A stretch of DNA of 30,662 nucleotides. It comes from a virus (taxonomy: Duplodnaviria; Caudoviricetes). The notes under the pieces are model-generated. The model ran no database searches. It had not been told where the DNA came from and was given only the letters and a program-made list of their open reading frames with translations. Both the position numbers and the translations under genes were made by a program. This document shows, piece after piece, positions 1 through 7,568 of this stretch (within the stretch, counting starts at the first letter, position 1; each line of letters begins with the position of its first letter). The stretch covers positions 1 to 30,662 of the IMG/VR virus record IMGVR_UViG_3300042360_000190, one strand, 5' to 3'.

Positions 1-277
1 CCTCATCTGTGGGTGCGCGACCTTCGGGGCCTTGTTGCCCGTCTTGTCCGTCAACTCCGTCGGCTGGCTGCGATATGTTGTCCTGTAGCCAAGCAACAGT
101 AGCAGCTTTGATTTGTTCGTCCGTAACAGGAGGTGCATCATCGCCCCGTTCCCCTTGTGGGCCAGCTTCACCTTGCGGCCCCGTTATCATCGTGCGTGAT
201 AGCGCGTCGTTGGTGCGCTGATTTAACGCAGCAACAGCCTCCACTAGCGAGGCAATGATTTCCTCGCTGATAGCCAT
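1..277 (-). CDS. Collagen-like (Gly-X-Y) repeat protein, runs off the window edge
   Basis: Not in the ORF track. ATG at 277, 2 nt after the portal stop. My translation is MAISEEIIASLVEAVAALNQRTNDALSRTMITGPQGEAGPQGERGDDAPP...DGVDGQDGQQGPEGRAPTDE, open to base 1. Confidence 0.8.
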   Translation of the reverse strand, partial: MAISEEIIASLVEAVAALNQRTNDALSRTMITGPQGEAGPQGERGDDAPPVTDEQIKAATVAWLQDNISQPADGVDGQDGQQGPEGRAPTDE

Positions 278-279
278 CC

Positions 280-1788
280 TTAAAGACCCAAGCGGCTGCG
301 GATGTTATCAAGCAAACTGGTATCGGGCGCAGTTTCATTGGCTACGTCTGATACGTCAGGCACTTGTTCATCAAAGCTTGGGCCAGCGTCAGCCAACTGC
401 GCTTCGTATTCCTCATATTCCATGTCAGGTGAAATCAATTCGCCGCGCTGGAAATTGTCGAACAGAACCGAAAGCGGCATTGCATCGCCTTGGTATGCGC
501 CAAGCAATGCTGTGACCATCTGCGGGGCCATACGTGCAGCGCCAAAGTCGGTGTTCAGGTTAAATTCAACGTCCTGTGGTGCGCCGACCCATTCGGCCAT
601 CCAATTCAGAGCGCGGGTGATAGCGTCCGATGCAGAGCGGCTGATTGACGCAAGCACTGACCGTTCGCCAGCGGTCTTTAATTCGACCGTGCCAAAGGCT
701 TCAGCGGTGCGCTTATCGTCGGCAAGCATCCGTGCGCCAAGCACTGCCATGCGCTGTTCTTTGTCCTTTAGGGCTTCGCGCAGCGTCTTCAGGCCATCGC
801 CCTTAAATTCAAGATAGCCAGCGTTGGCGGCAGGGTCGGGGAATATCCATGCGCTCATTGAGCCGACCGAAAGCGTCGCGCCTTCTGGAAGCTGCACACC
901 CGCAACGTATGGGGTTGGCAAGCCAGTGAAGTGCAAGCCATGCTCATAATCGGCACTGTTGCGATAGTGGCCAAGGTTCGTGTCTACCAAGTCCAGCAAT
1001 GGCGGTTTCTGCACTGTGGAAGTCGCGCTGTTAGCGCCAAGGATGACGAACGGGATATAACGCAAAGTGCCGCCGTTTCGTGTTGGCAATATTTCGCTAA
1101 TCAGTTCGTTGTCTTCGGTCATTACGCGAACGCGATAACCTTTGTCCGTCAGGTCAAGGACGCGATATTGCGTAACCTGATTGGTGGTGAATTCGTTTTC
1201 CTGCACTTCGACAGTTTCTTTAAGCACCACAAGCGTCAGCACCTGTGCGCCATTGATGTAGCTGACGCGCCAATTGATGATGCTTTCCGCCGTGTAATAA
1301 CGCAAGAATGGGCGAATGTTTAACGCTTCGGCAGCGGCAATCGTGATATTGGTCGGTGCATTGGCAGGGTAATCGACCATGATGCCAACGCGACCCACGG
1401 CAATCTGTTGCTCCACGACCTGTTCGCTAAATTCGCGCAGATTATCGCCAGCAAGCGTTATGTCATCAGCATAAGGCTCAATCGCGGTGGGCAGCTTATA
1501 AACTGGGTCTTTGGCAAATATCATGCCCGTGAAGGCATCCAGCGTCCGTGCGCTTGCGTTGAAGAAGCCAGCCCGTTCTTGATACGTTACATATTCAACA
1601 TCCGTTTGGCCTGTCAGCCGTGGCAGATAGTTGTTCGTGTCAAACGATGGGTTGTAAAGGCTTCCAGTGTAGCGCGTGTTGCTGACATAGTTCTGGATTA
1701 AAGCATCCCGCCCAGCGATGACATCGCGGCAACGCTTCCACTTAAAGCGGTTAGCGTCATATTCGGTGTTGGTGTTGGAGACAGACAT
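280..1788 (-). CDS. Phage portal protein (DUF4055-like)
   Basis: 502 aa, directly after TerL. Motifs YLPRL, Y.ERA.FFN, KPPLLDL...NLGHYRNSADYEHGLHFTGLP are typical of this portal family. Confidence 0.9.
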   Translation of the reverse strand: MSVSNTNTEYDANRFKWKRCRDVIAGRDALIQNYVSNTRYTGSLYNPSFDTNNYLPRLTGQTDVEYVTYQERAGFFNASARTLDAFTGMIFAKDPVYKLPTAIEPYADDITLAGDNLREFSEQVVEQQIAVGRVGIMVDYPANAPTNITIAAAEALNIRPFLRYYTAESIINWRVSYINGAQVLTLVVLKETVEVQENEFTTNQVTQYRVLDLTDKGYRVRVMTEDNELISEILPTRNGGTLRYIPFVILGANSATSTVQKPPLLDLVDTNLGHYRNSADYEHGLHFTGLPTPYVAGVQLPEGATLSVGSMSAWIFPDPAANAGYLEFKGDGLKTLREALKDKEQRMAVLGARMLADDKRTAEAFGTVELKTAGERSVLASISRSASDAITRALNWMAEWVGAPQDVEFNLNTDFGAARMAPQMVTALLGAYQGDAMPLSVLFDNFQRGELISPDMEYEEYEAQLADAGPSFDEQVPDVSDVANETAPDTSLLDNIRSRLGL

Positions 1789-3042
1789 TTACACCCCAGA
1801 AATTTGAGCAAAGGATACCGTTCCTCTACCGATAGCATATTTATATGCAATAAAATAGCCGATAGCATCATTCAGATGGTCAAAGCCGCTTGATTTATCT
1901 GGCTCGCCATTTTTCGCGTATGCTTGGCGCTCCAGACCTTCAATCACATTAGGGCATTTGTCAGGATTGACCAAGAGCCTTCGCTTGCCTTGGTTATAAA
2001 TCATCTGATTGACTGCCATAAGCCTATCTTTGACCGCAGGGTTTTTGCTGTTTGCCAATACCGTGAAGCCAGCCGACCGAAGCAGCGTCAAATCGGATAA
2101 GCTGGCGTTGACGCTCTTGGTCGCGCCGCCCGATGCGTCAGGGTAAACCGTTATTTGATGCCCAGCAAAGCGTTCTTGTAATACCCGTATGAGCGTTGGC
2201 GTATCGCGCACACCCGATAATTCATCCAGTGCCAGCGGGTCGTTGTTCCGTATCACGCACACGACGGCGCTCATGTTGTTGACGTTAAAGTCAACACCGA
2301 TGTGGAGCGGCTCGCGCTGTTCGATGGTCGCAAAGGTGATATTCAGTTTGCGGTCAAACTCTGGATATATGCTGCCAGCCGTTAGGTTGACGAACTCGCC
2401 ATCAAGGTATGCAGCAAGCAAGCTGGCGCTGTAACTGTTTTGCAAGTTCTGAATGTAATCAGGCGGAAGGTTGGCGGCATTGTCGGATGTCTTGGCCTTA
2501 TACAGCGAATATCCTTCGGCCTTGTTCTTCACCCAGCGGTCATATACGAAGCGGAAGCCTTCAGGCGTCGTGGCAACGCCGACAGTATTGCGAACGGGCT
2601 TGCCACCGATGGTAAATGCCTTTTGGCGGTTACGGGCGATAATCTTGTTCCAGACGGCCCGTGCCTTTTCGATGGGCAGCGTATCAAGTTCATCGACAAC
2701 GCTGTGGGCGACTTCGTAACCGACGATGCGGTCAGGCTGTTCCATGTTGCGGAAAATGATGCGGCCCAATTCCGTTTCCAGCACAGCCTTTTGCTGGTTC
2801 AGCTTGAACGGGATACCGTTGCGCTCAAACAATGCGGGGAAGCGTTGAAAGGCGATGTCTTCAATCAGCGGATAGGTGGGCAGATAATATGCCACATCCT
2901 GATACGGGCAATAACGCTTTAAGCGCATTAGCCGTGCGATACCCGCAGCCGTCTTGCCAGAACCAAATCCACCGACGAACGCAGGGAATGGGTCTGTGCT
3001 GTATATAAAATCCCTTTGGCTTGGCGTGAAGGTCAAAGCCAA
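1789..3042 (-). CDS. terL: Terminase large subunit
   Basis: Walker A GGFGSGKT, Walker B VVDELD, coupling motif ATTPEG, RNase H-like nuclease motifs GVDFN and DHLNDA. Confidence 0.95.
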   Translation of the reverse strand: MALTFTPSQRDFIYSTDPFPAFVGGFGSGKTAAGIARLMRLKRYCPYQDVAYYLPTYPLIEDIAFQRFPALFERNGIPFKLNQQKAVLETELGRIIFRNMEQPDRIVGYEVAHSVVDELDTLPIEKARAVWNKIIARNRQKAFTIGGKPVRNTVGVATTPEGFRFVYDRWVKNKAEGYSLYKAKTSDNAANLPPDYIQNLQNSYSASLLAAYLDGEFVNLTAGSIYPEFDRKLNITFATIEQREPLHIGVDFNVNNMSAVVCVIRNNDPLALDELSGVRDTPTLIRVLQERFAGHQITVYPDASGGATKSVNASLSDLTLLRSAGFTVLANSKNPAVKDRLMAVNQMIYNQGKRRLLVNPDKCPNVIEGLERQAYAKNGEPDKSSGFDHLNDAIGYFIAYKYAIGRGTVSFAQISGV

Positions 3043-3437
3043 TCTTCGTCCGTAATGGGTTTGAAGTGCATATTGACTGCCAGCTTGGTCGGTTCGTTAT
3101 AGCCGTGCATGATGTTTAGTTCTTTGACCGCAGCCGTCATCCCCGACGATGCCTTGGCTTCCAGCGCAATTCTATAGGCGCTCATTAAGCCCTTCACGGA
3201 CATTTCGCGTGTCCATAATTGCTTTTCAGCAACCTGTGCTTTCAATTCAGCGACCCTTGCTAACACCTTGCTATTGCTCATTAGCCGTGAAGCATTGGGG
3301 TAAACAGTTTCATCCTTCATGTTTCCAGCATCATATGCGCTGCGATAGGCATCTGCTTGGCCTAAACCGTCGGCTATGCCTTGGGCGAAAGCTTCTTGCT
3401 TTGCGGTAAGTTTGGCGTCAGTCATTGCTTTGCTCAT
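3033..3437 (-). CDS. terS: Terminase small subunit
   Basis: LTAKQEAFAQ...ADAYRSAY...ASRLM N-terminal HTH typical of TerS. Overlaps the TerL start. Confidence 0.85.
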   Translation of the reverse strand: MSKAMTDAKLTAKQEAFAQGIADGLGQADAYRSAYDAGNMKDETVYPNASRLMSNSKVLARVAELKAQVAEKQLWTREMSVKGLMSAYRIALEAKASSGMTAAVKELNIMHGYNEPTKLAVNMHFKPITDEDWL

Positions 3438-3440
3438 ATC

Positions 3441-4214
3441 CTACAAATTCGCAAAAGATTTAAGCGCATACCATACATGGGAATTCCGATACCCGTTTGG
3501 ATGGGTCGGAATGATTGGCGTGACACCGTGCATATTGCGCCAAGCTGGATAAACCAGCATCGAATTGTCTGTCTGGTCGAACGTGGCCCCGTAATCTGGG
3601 ACGTGCAAATTGCCGCCAGTGCTATTCCGGCGCTTGGTTATGATGATATTTATAGCACCCTTCACGTTCGCATGGTCTTGATGGATTGGCGCGGAAATGT
3701 TGCAGTTGCTAATCGTGGAACTGAAATGCTTTGCGAACCGCCATTCTTCGGGTATTTTTTGCGCCACTTGCTCCAGATGCGTTTTCGCAACGCTTGGTAT
3801 GTATTTTTCGACCAATTCAAATGCCTTGATGCCGCTTGCGTTCATTGCCTTGGCGAAAGTTTGCGCTGATTTCACGCCATGCACAGATGAACGCGAGGCA
3901 TAAGGCCTACGCATATGCGGTTTCGGTGGGCATGAGCCAAGGATGGTGCTGTATTGCTTCACTTCCGCTTCAGCGTTACGCAAACCAGATGAACGGCGCA
4001 TATCTGACTTGGGGACACGGTTTGTTTGAATTTCAGCGTCAGCTATGTTGACCAGATTTTGCAAATCATCTGGAAGGTTTCGCAGATATAAACCAACTTC
4101 CGTTCCGTCTGGGTCAACCAATATGCAGCTTTCGGTTATGTTCGGTTCCAAACCTTCGGGCTGTGCGCCTATTCCGATGATGCGCTGAATTGGGTTTAGG
4201 GTGACAATCTTCAT
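3441..4214 (-). CDS. TET/JBP-family 2-oxoglutarate/Fe(II) dioxygenase
   Basis: HxD (IHQDHAN), GGNLHVPDY, distal His (MHGVTP) and 2OG-binding RxS (YRNSHVWY), in the arrangement seen in TET/JBP enzymes. Confidence 0.85.
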   Translation of the reverse strand: MKIVTLNPIQRIIGIGAQPEGLEPNITESCILVDPDGTEVGLYLRNLPDDLQNLVNIADAEIQTNRVPKSDMRRSSGLRNAEAEVKQYSTILGSCPPKPHMRRPYASRSSVHGVKSAQTFAKAMNASGIKAFELVEKYIPSVAKTHLEQVAQKIPEEWRFAKHFSSTISNCNISAPIHQDHANVKGAINIIITKRRNSTGGNLHVPDYGATFDQTDNSMLVYPAWRNMHGVTPIIPTHPNGYRNSHVWYALKSFANL

Positions 4215-4795
4215 GATGACAAAGCCTCAATCAATTTTAAGCCAACATATTCACCGCGCTTTCGGGCGGCGTCAACCAAGCCCTTGGCGCGTTGATAATC
4301 TTCAGCTTGAAACTCAATCTGGATAGCTTTCATGACGCCGCTTGCCAAATCAGCGGTTGGGTCATCCAAATCATCCAGTGCGGAATAATCAGGCTCTTTT
4401 GCGAAAGTGGGAATATCATCTCCCCATCCAAGCAGCGAAATATCAAAATCAAGTTCCAGCAATGCCTCAAATTCAGATTGCAGCAAATCATCGTCCCAAT
4501 CAGCGGTTAAAGCAAGTTGGTTATCAGCGATGACCAAAGCTTTCCGCTGCGCTTCGTCCAGATGGTCAAGGACTATTACAGGCACTTCGACCATGCCCAG
4601 TTTTTTTGCCGCCAATGTCCTTGCATGACCAGCAATGATGGTGTCGCTGCCATCAATCAGGATTGGGTTCGTCCAGCCGAATTCCTTAATGCTGGCAGCT
4701 ATATGCGCCACCTGTGCGTCACTGTGGGTGCGGCTGTTTGCTGCATAAGGGATTAAGTCAGCGACAAGGCGCTGTTCAATTTTGGGGTTGCTCAT
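4211..4795 (-). CDS. ParB/Srx N-terminal domain protein
   Basis: LIPYAANSRTHS...IAASIKEFGWTNPILID...IIAGHAR..AA...ADNQLA is the phage ParB-N signature. ATGA overlap with the dioxygenase. Confidence 0.88.
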   Translation of the reverse strand: MSNPKIEQRLVADLIPYAANSRTHSDAQVAHIAASIKEFGWTNPILIDGSDTIIAGHARTLAAKKLGMVEVPVIVLDHLDEAQRKALVIADNQLALTADWDDDLLQSEFEALLELDFDISLLGWGDDIPTFAKEPDYSALDDLDDPTADLASGVMKAIQIEFQAEDYQRAKGLVDAARKRGEYVGLKLIEALSS

Positions 4796-4841
4796 TGCAC
4801 CTTGTTATACGACCATTATCATTTTGGCAACTGGCGCATAA

Positions 4842-4979
4842 TTATCCGACAAATTCTTTCCATTGCCAATTCGCCCATTGGCGCATTGCGTCGCTCGACC
4901 ATTCATGCTTGCGCCATTTGGCAAGCAGCGCCGCCTTATCCTTAACCTTGCTTAGTTTATAGGCTATCAGGTCAGTCAT
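4842..4979 (-). CDS. Small hypothetical protein (45 aa, Trp/Lys-rich)
   Basis: MTDLIAYKLSKVKDKAALLAKWRKHEW...; start overlaps the upstream stop (ATGACTGA). Confidence 0.6.
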   Translation of the reverse strand: MTDLIAYKLSKVKDKAALLAKWRKHEWSSDAMRQWANWQWKEFVG

Positions 4980-5226
4980 AAAATCCGTCGCCGTCAATTT
5001 CATCATCATCATCGCAATCGTAATCCAAATGGTCAGGCCTATACCCATCAAGGATAGCTTCGAGTGCAACGGCAGCAGGGCCAGTGATTTCCCTTTTCCC
5101 ACTCATCCATGCGCGAACAGTCGTGCTTCCAGATGTTTCGCTTAAGCGAAGCGCGTCAGCTATTTCACCAACGCTCCAGCCAAGTTTCTTTTTTGCGTCC
5201 TTTACGTCTTGTGCTGTGATTATCAT
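4972..5226 (-). CDS. XRE/Cro-like HTH protein with acidic tail
   Basis: AKKKLGWSVGEIADAL...TTVRAWMSGKREITGPA HTH pattern. ATGA-coupled to the upstream gene. Confidence 0.8.
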   Translation of the reverse strand: MIITAQDVKDAKKKLGWSVGEIADALRLSETSGSTTVRAWMSGKREITGPAAVALEAILDGYRPDHLDYDCDDDDEIDGDGFYD

Positions 5227-5465
5227 TTTTTTTCTTCTGCCTTTGCCATCTTTTGTAATGCGTGAAGGATTGTGCTGTGGTCGCGCTTCATTATGCGGCC
5301 TATTTCTGGTGTGCTGAAACCTTGCTCACGGAAAAACTTTATGCATTCGTGGCGCACTTCGACCAGCACCTTAAAGCGTCGTGGCCCAAGAATGTCGTGC
5401 CTATCATATCCATAATCGGATGCGATGTGGTCAATTATGGTCAGGTTTCTTTCGCGTGGCGTCAT
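5223..5465 (-). CDS. Stand-alone DnaA C-terminal (domain IV-like) HTH protein
   Basis: DILGPRR...VR...FSTPEIGRIMKRDHSTILHA matches the Bac_DnaA_C S.P.IG..F.RDHTTV.HA motif. Confidence 0.8.
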   Translation of the reverse strand: MTPRERNLTIIDHIASDYGYDRHDILGPRRFKVLVEVRHECIKFFREQGFSTPEIGRIMKRDHSTILHALQKMAKAEEKK

Positions 5466-5719
5466 ACCCCTTGCTCCTGCTTTTTAATGGCGATGGCTTC
5501 GTTGTAAATTTCGTTCCAAATGCTGTGTATTGTTTCAATGCGGTCATAATGAAATGTGCGGTCAATGTTGCATTTTTCGGTGTTCGAATAATCCCTGCCG
5601 TTTGGCGTGACTTTCAATAAATTTTCGATGGCATACTTTAAGCTGACAACGGCTTTCAATCGTGGGTCGATAAGGTCAGATGCGCTTGAACCGTTTATAT
5701 TTAGCGTTGGGGTTATCAT
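5462..5719 (-). CDS. Hypothetical protein
   Basis: 85 aa ORF, ATGA-coupled on both sides, AAGGAG RBS. Confidence 0.65.
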   Translation of the reverse strand: MITPTLNINGSSASDLIDPRLKAVVSLKYAIENLLKVTPNGRDYSNTEKCNIDRTFHYDRIETIHSIWNEIYNEAIAIKKQEQGV

Positions 5720-5937
5720 CCCGCCGCTCCTTTATCTGCGCTGATAGTTGGGGCCATTGAAAAGCGACCCCAAGGCATGATTTGCTCAACGCCATCCCAT
5801 ACCTTGATGCCGTAACGCTTGCCGTCTGTATCAGTGACAGTTTTTTCGGTGCGCTTGGCAATACGAACGCTGATAATCATGTCGTAATCGCAAATGCTGC
5901 GGGTCGAGTATGTGGTGTTGGGTTGAAACTTAATCAT
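5716..5937 (-). CDS. Hypothetical early protein
   Basis: 73 aa. First gene after the promoter-hairpin leader; AAGGAG RBS at 5945-5950. Confidence 0.7.
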   Translation of the reverse strand: MIKFQPNTTYSTRSICDYDMIISVRIAKRTEKTVTDTDGKRYGIKVWDGVEQIMPWGRFSMAPTISADKGAAG

Positions 5938-5944
5938 GTCGCGT

Positions 5945-6025
5945 CTCCTTGTTGGCGGGGCATCGCCCCTTGCTGATAACCCCCTATGTAAGAGGGTTTA
6001 TATTATGTCAAACGACTTTTTCATT
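5945..6025 (-). promoter_or_regulatory. Early promoter-hairpin-RBS leader, copy 1
   Basis: A-tract, TTGACA (6006-6011), 17 nt spacer, CATAGG (5983-5988), then AGGGGC-GAT-GCCCC-GCCA and AAGGAG. Confidence 0.75.
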
Positions 6026-6039
6026 ATTTTGAAAAAATT

Positions 6040-6222
6040 TTATGCCACGATGTATCGTTGGCTTGGTTCATCATTGTAATAATCTTGGGCTGCGATTTTG
6101 TCGCCAAAAACATCAACGAACCATTCGCGGCAAAAACCATCGTTCAGATATTCCCAAGTCGTGCTAACTGCATCTGCTATGACTTCTGCAAATTTTGCGG
6201 CTGTGGCGTAATTTAAATTCAT
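6040..6222 (-). CDS. Small acidic hypothetical protein
   Basis: 60 aa ORF in operon orientation that fills the gap; weak RBS. Confidence 0.5.
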   Translation of the reverse strand: MNLNYATAAKFAEVIADAVSTTWEYLNDGFCREWFVDVFGDKIAAQDYYNDEPSQRYIVA

Positions 6223-6261
6223 TTTCTGTTTCCGTGATAGCGACTGTTGGTTTTGGTGGGT

Positions 6262-6277
6262 GGGGGCCGAAGCCCCC
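6262..6277 (-). other. GC hairpin with cUUCGg tetraloop between genes
   Basis: Minus strand GGGGGC-TTCG-GCCCCC just after the stop of 6284-6652. No U-tract on this strand. Confidence 0.6.
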
Positions 6278-6283
6278 GTTTAA

Positions 6284-6652
6284 TTAGATTTGAACCAGCT
6301 TGACGTTGTTGTTGTGTGTTGGCTCAACAGTGAATGATTTGCCCTTATAGTTGATTACATCGCCGTGGTTGATGCCGCGAATAATCTCCTGCTTGCGCTT
6401 GTCGGAGGTAATCATTGTGCTTTTGATGTTAGCCCAAAAAACCTGATGCCCGTTTGCGATTGCTTTGGCTTCTTCTTTTGCTGCGTCTAAGCCCATGTCA
6501 GCAATGCAATCAGCAATGCAACCAAGTATGTAAATCCGATGCAGTGTGCCGTGATTTTTGGTTTCGTATGCGATTGCGAACTGTTCGCCAGTTTCAAAGT
6601 TGTTGTGGCCTTCAACGATGAGGTAAGCTGGTGATGAAGAAATGATAGTCAT
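6284..6652 (-). CDS. Hypothetical early protein
   Basis: 122 aa, directly downstream of leader copy 2, with AAGGA RBS. Confidence 0.75.
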   Translation of the reverse strand: MTIISSSPAYLIVEGHNNFETGEQFAIAYETKNHGTLHRIYILGCIADCIADMGLDAAKEEAKAIANGHQVFWANIKSTMITSDKRKQEIIRGINHGDVINYKGKSFTVEPTHNNNVKLVQI

Positions 6653-6660
6653 GGTCGTTT

Positions 6661-6742
6661 TCCTTAATGGCGGGGCAGAACCCCTGTGGTTGATGCCCCC
6701 TTATAAGGATGGTTGCTTTATATGTAAACCCCCTTTTTCATT
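6661..6742 (-). promoter_or_regulatory. Early promoter-hairpin-RBS leader, copy 2
   Basis: A-tract, TTTACA (6723-6728), 17 nt spacer, TATAAG (6700-6705), then AGGGGT-TCT-GCCCC-GCCA and AAGGA. Confidence 0.75.
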
Positions 6743-6762
6743 TTTTTGCATTTTTTTTGCAT

Positions 6763-7056
6763 TTATTCCTCTTTGACAAAAATTCCGTCCACCATGCGGC
6801 CCTTGCGGTCTTTGATTTCATGCCATGCGTGAACGACGCATTCTTCAATTTCCAAATCCTTTTGCGCTGCCAAGATGGTCAGCACGACAAAGGCGTCACC
6901 GATGCTGTCCATAAACTGTTCGTCCTTGCCCTTGGCGATGGCTTCGGCCAGTTCCCCAATTTCCTCAATCAGCTTGACGAATTGGGCTTGCACGGTGCTG
7001 CCAGCAATCAGGTTGCGGTCTTCAGCCCATTGGCGGATTAGGTGTCCATAAATCAT
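6763..7056 (-). CDS. MazG-like nucleotide pyrophosphohydrolase
   Basis: WAEDRNL...KLIEEIGELAEAI...DSIGD (EExxE...D motif)...AWHEIKDRKG....G.FVKE. Confidence 0.88.
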   Translation of the reverse strand: MIYGHLIRQWAEDRNLIAGSTVQAQFVKLIEEIGELAEAIAKGKDEQFMDSIGDAFVVLTILAAQKDLEIEECVVHAWHEIKDRKGRMVDGIFVKEE

Positions 7057-7568
7057 TAGTTCATCCCTTCTTTGGTGTTCAGTGATTGCAGTAATTCGTT
7101 CTTCAGTTCTGCCAGTTCGTCGGCTGTGATGTAATCTGGCTCTTGCTTGGCGATGCGCGGCGCGTTGAAGTTATCGACCTGTGCCTGCGCATGGCGCAGC
7201 GCCTCCTTTGACCACCGCACTGCTTCGGGTTCAAAATTACAGATGAACGGCACAATCTTTGCAGGATGGTCACAGGTGCGACGGGCTTGCTCACAGGCAC
7301 GGCGCAATATCTGCAACGGAACATCGCTTATCGTCATGATGGCAGCCTTATACCAAGCTGTCCGTTCCGCCTCCTGCATACCCGATGGAGCGCACAGCAT
7401 CAGGCACGGTGCTAATAGTGTGATGATTTCCTGTGGCGTTGCTGGTCGATATTTGTCCTGCGCTGCCTTCAAAGCTTCCAGTGCCGCCTGATATTTCGTG
7501 CAGTGCTTGTCTGGCTGCGCGCTCTGAAGTTCCAATATCGCTGAATTGTCCCTTGGATAGTTTGCCAT
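7056..7568 (-). CDS. Putative helicase-loader/replication P-like protein
   Basis: Position directly after the initiator; AAGGA RBS; helical DVP...LRRAC......PA.I pattern. Function is inferred from position. Confidence 0.55.
   Translation of the reverse strand: MANYPRDNSAILELQSAQPDKHCTKYQAALEALKAAQDKYRPATPQEIITLLAPCLMLCAPSGMQEAERTAWYKAAIMTISDVPLQILRRACEQARRTCDHPAKIVPFICNFEPEAVRWSKEALRHAQAQVDNFNAPRIAKQEPDYITADELAELKNELLQSLNTKEGMN

Noticed and set aside
255-2922. Plus-strand ORFs over portal and terminase
   Set aside because: They are antisense to well-supported conserved genes and have no independent support.
4211-4795. Plasmid-prophage partition system
   Set aside because: Only the ParB N-terminal domain is present, with no ParA or recognisable parS array. 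The context is packaging/modification.
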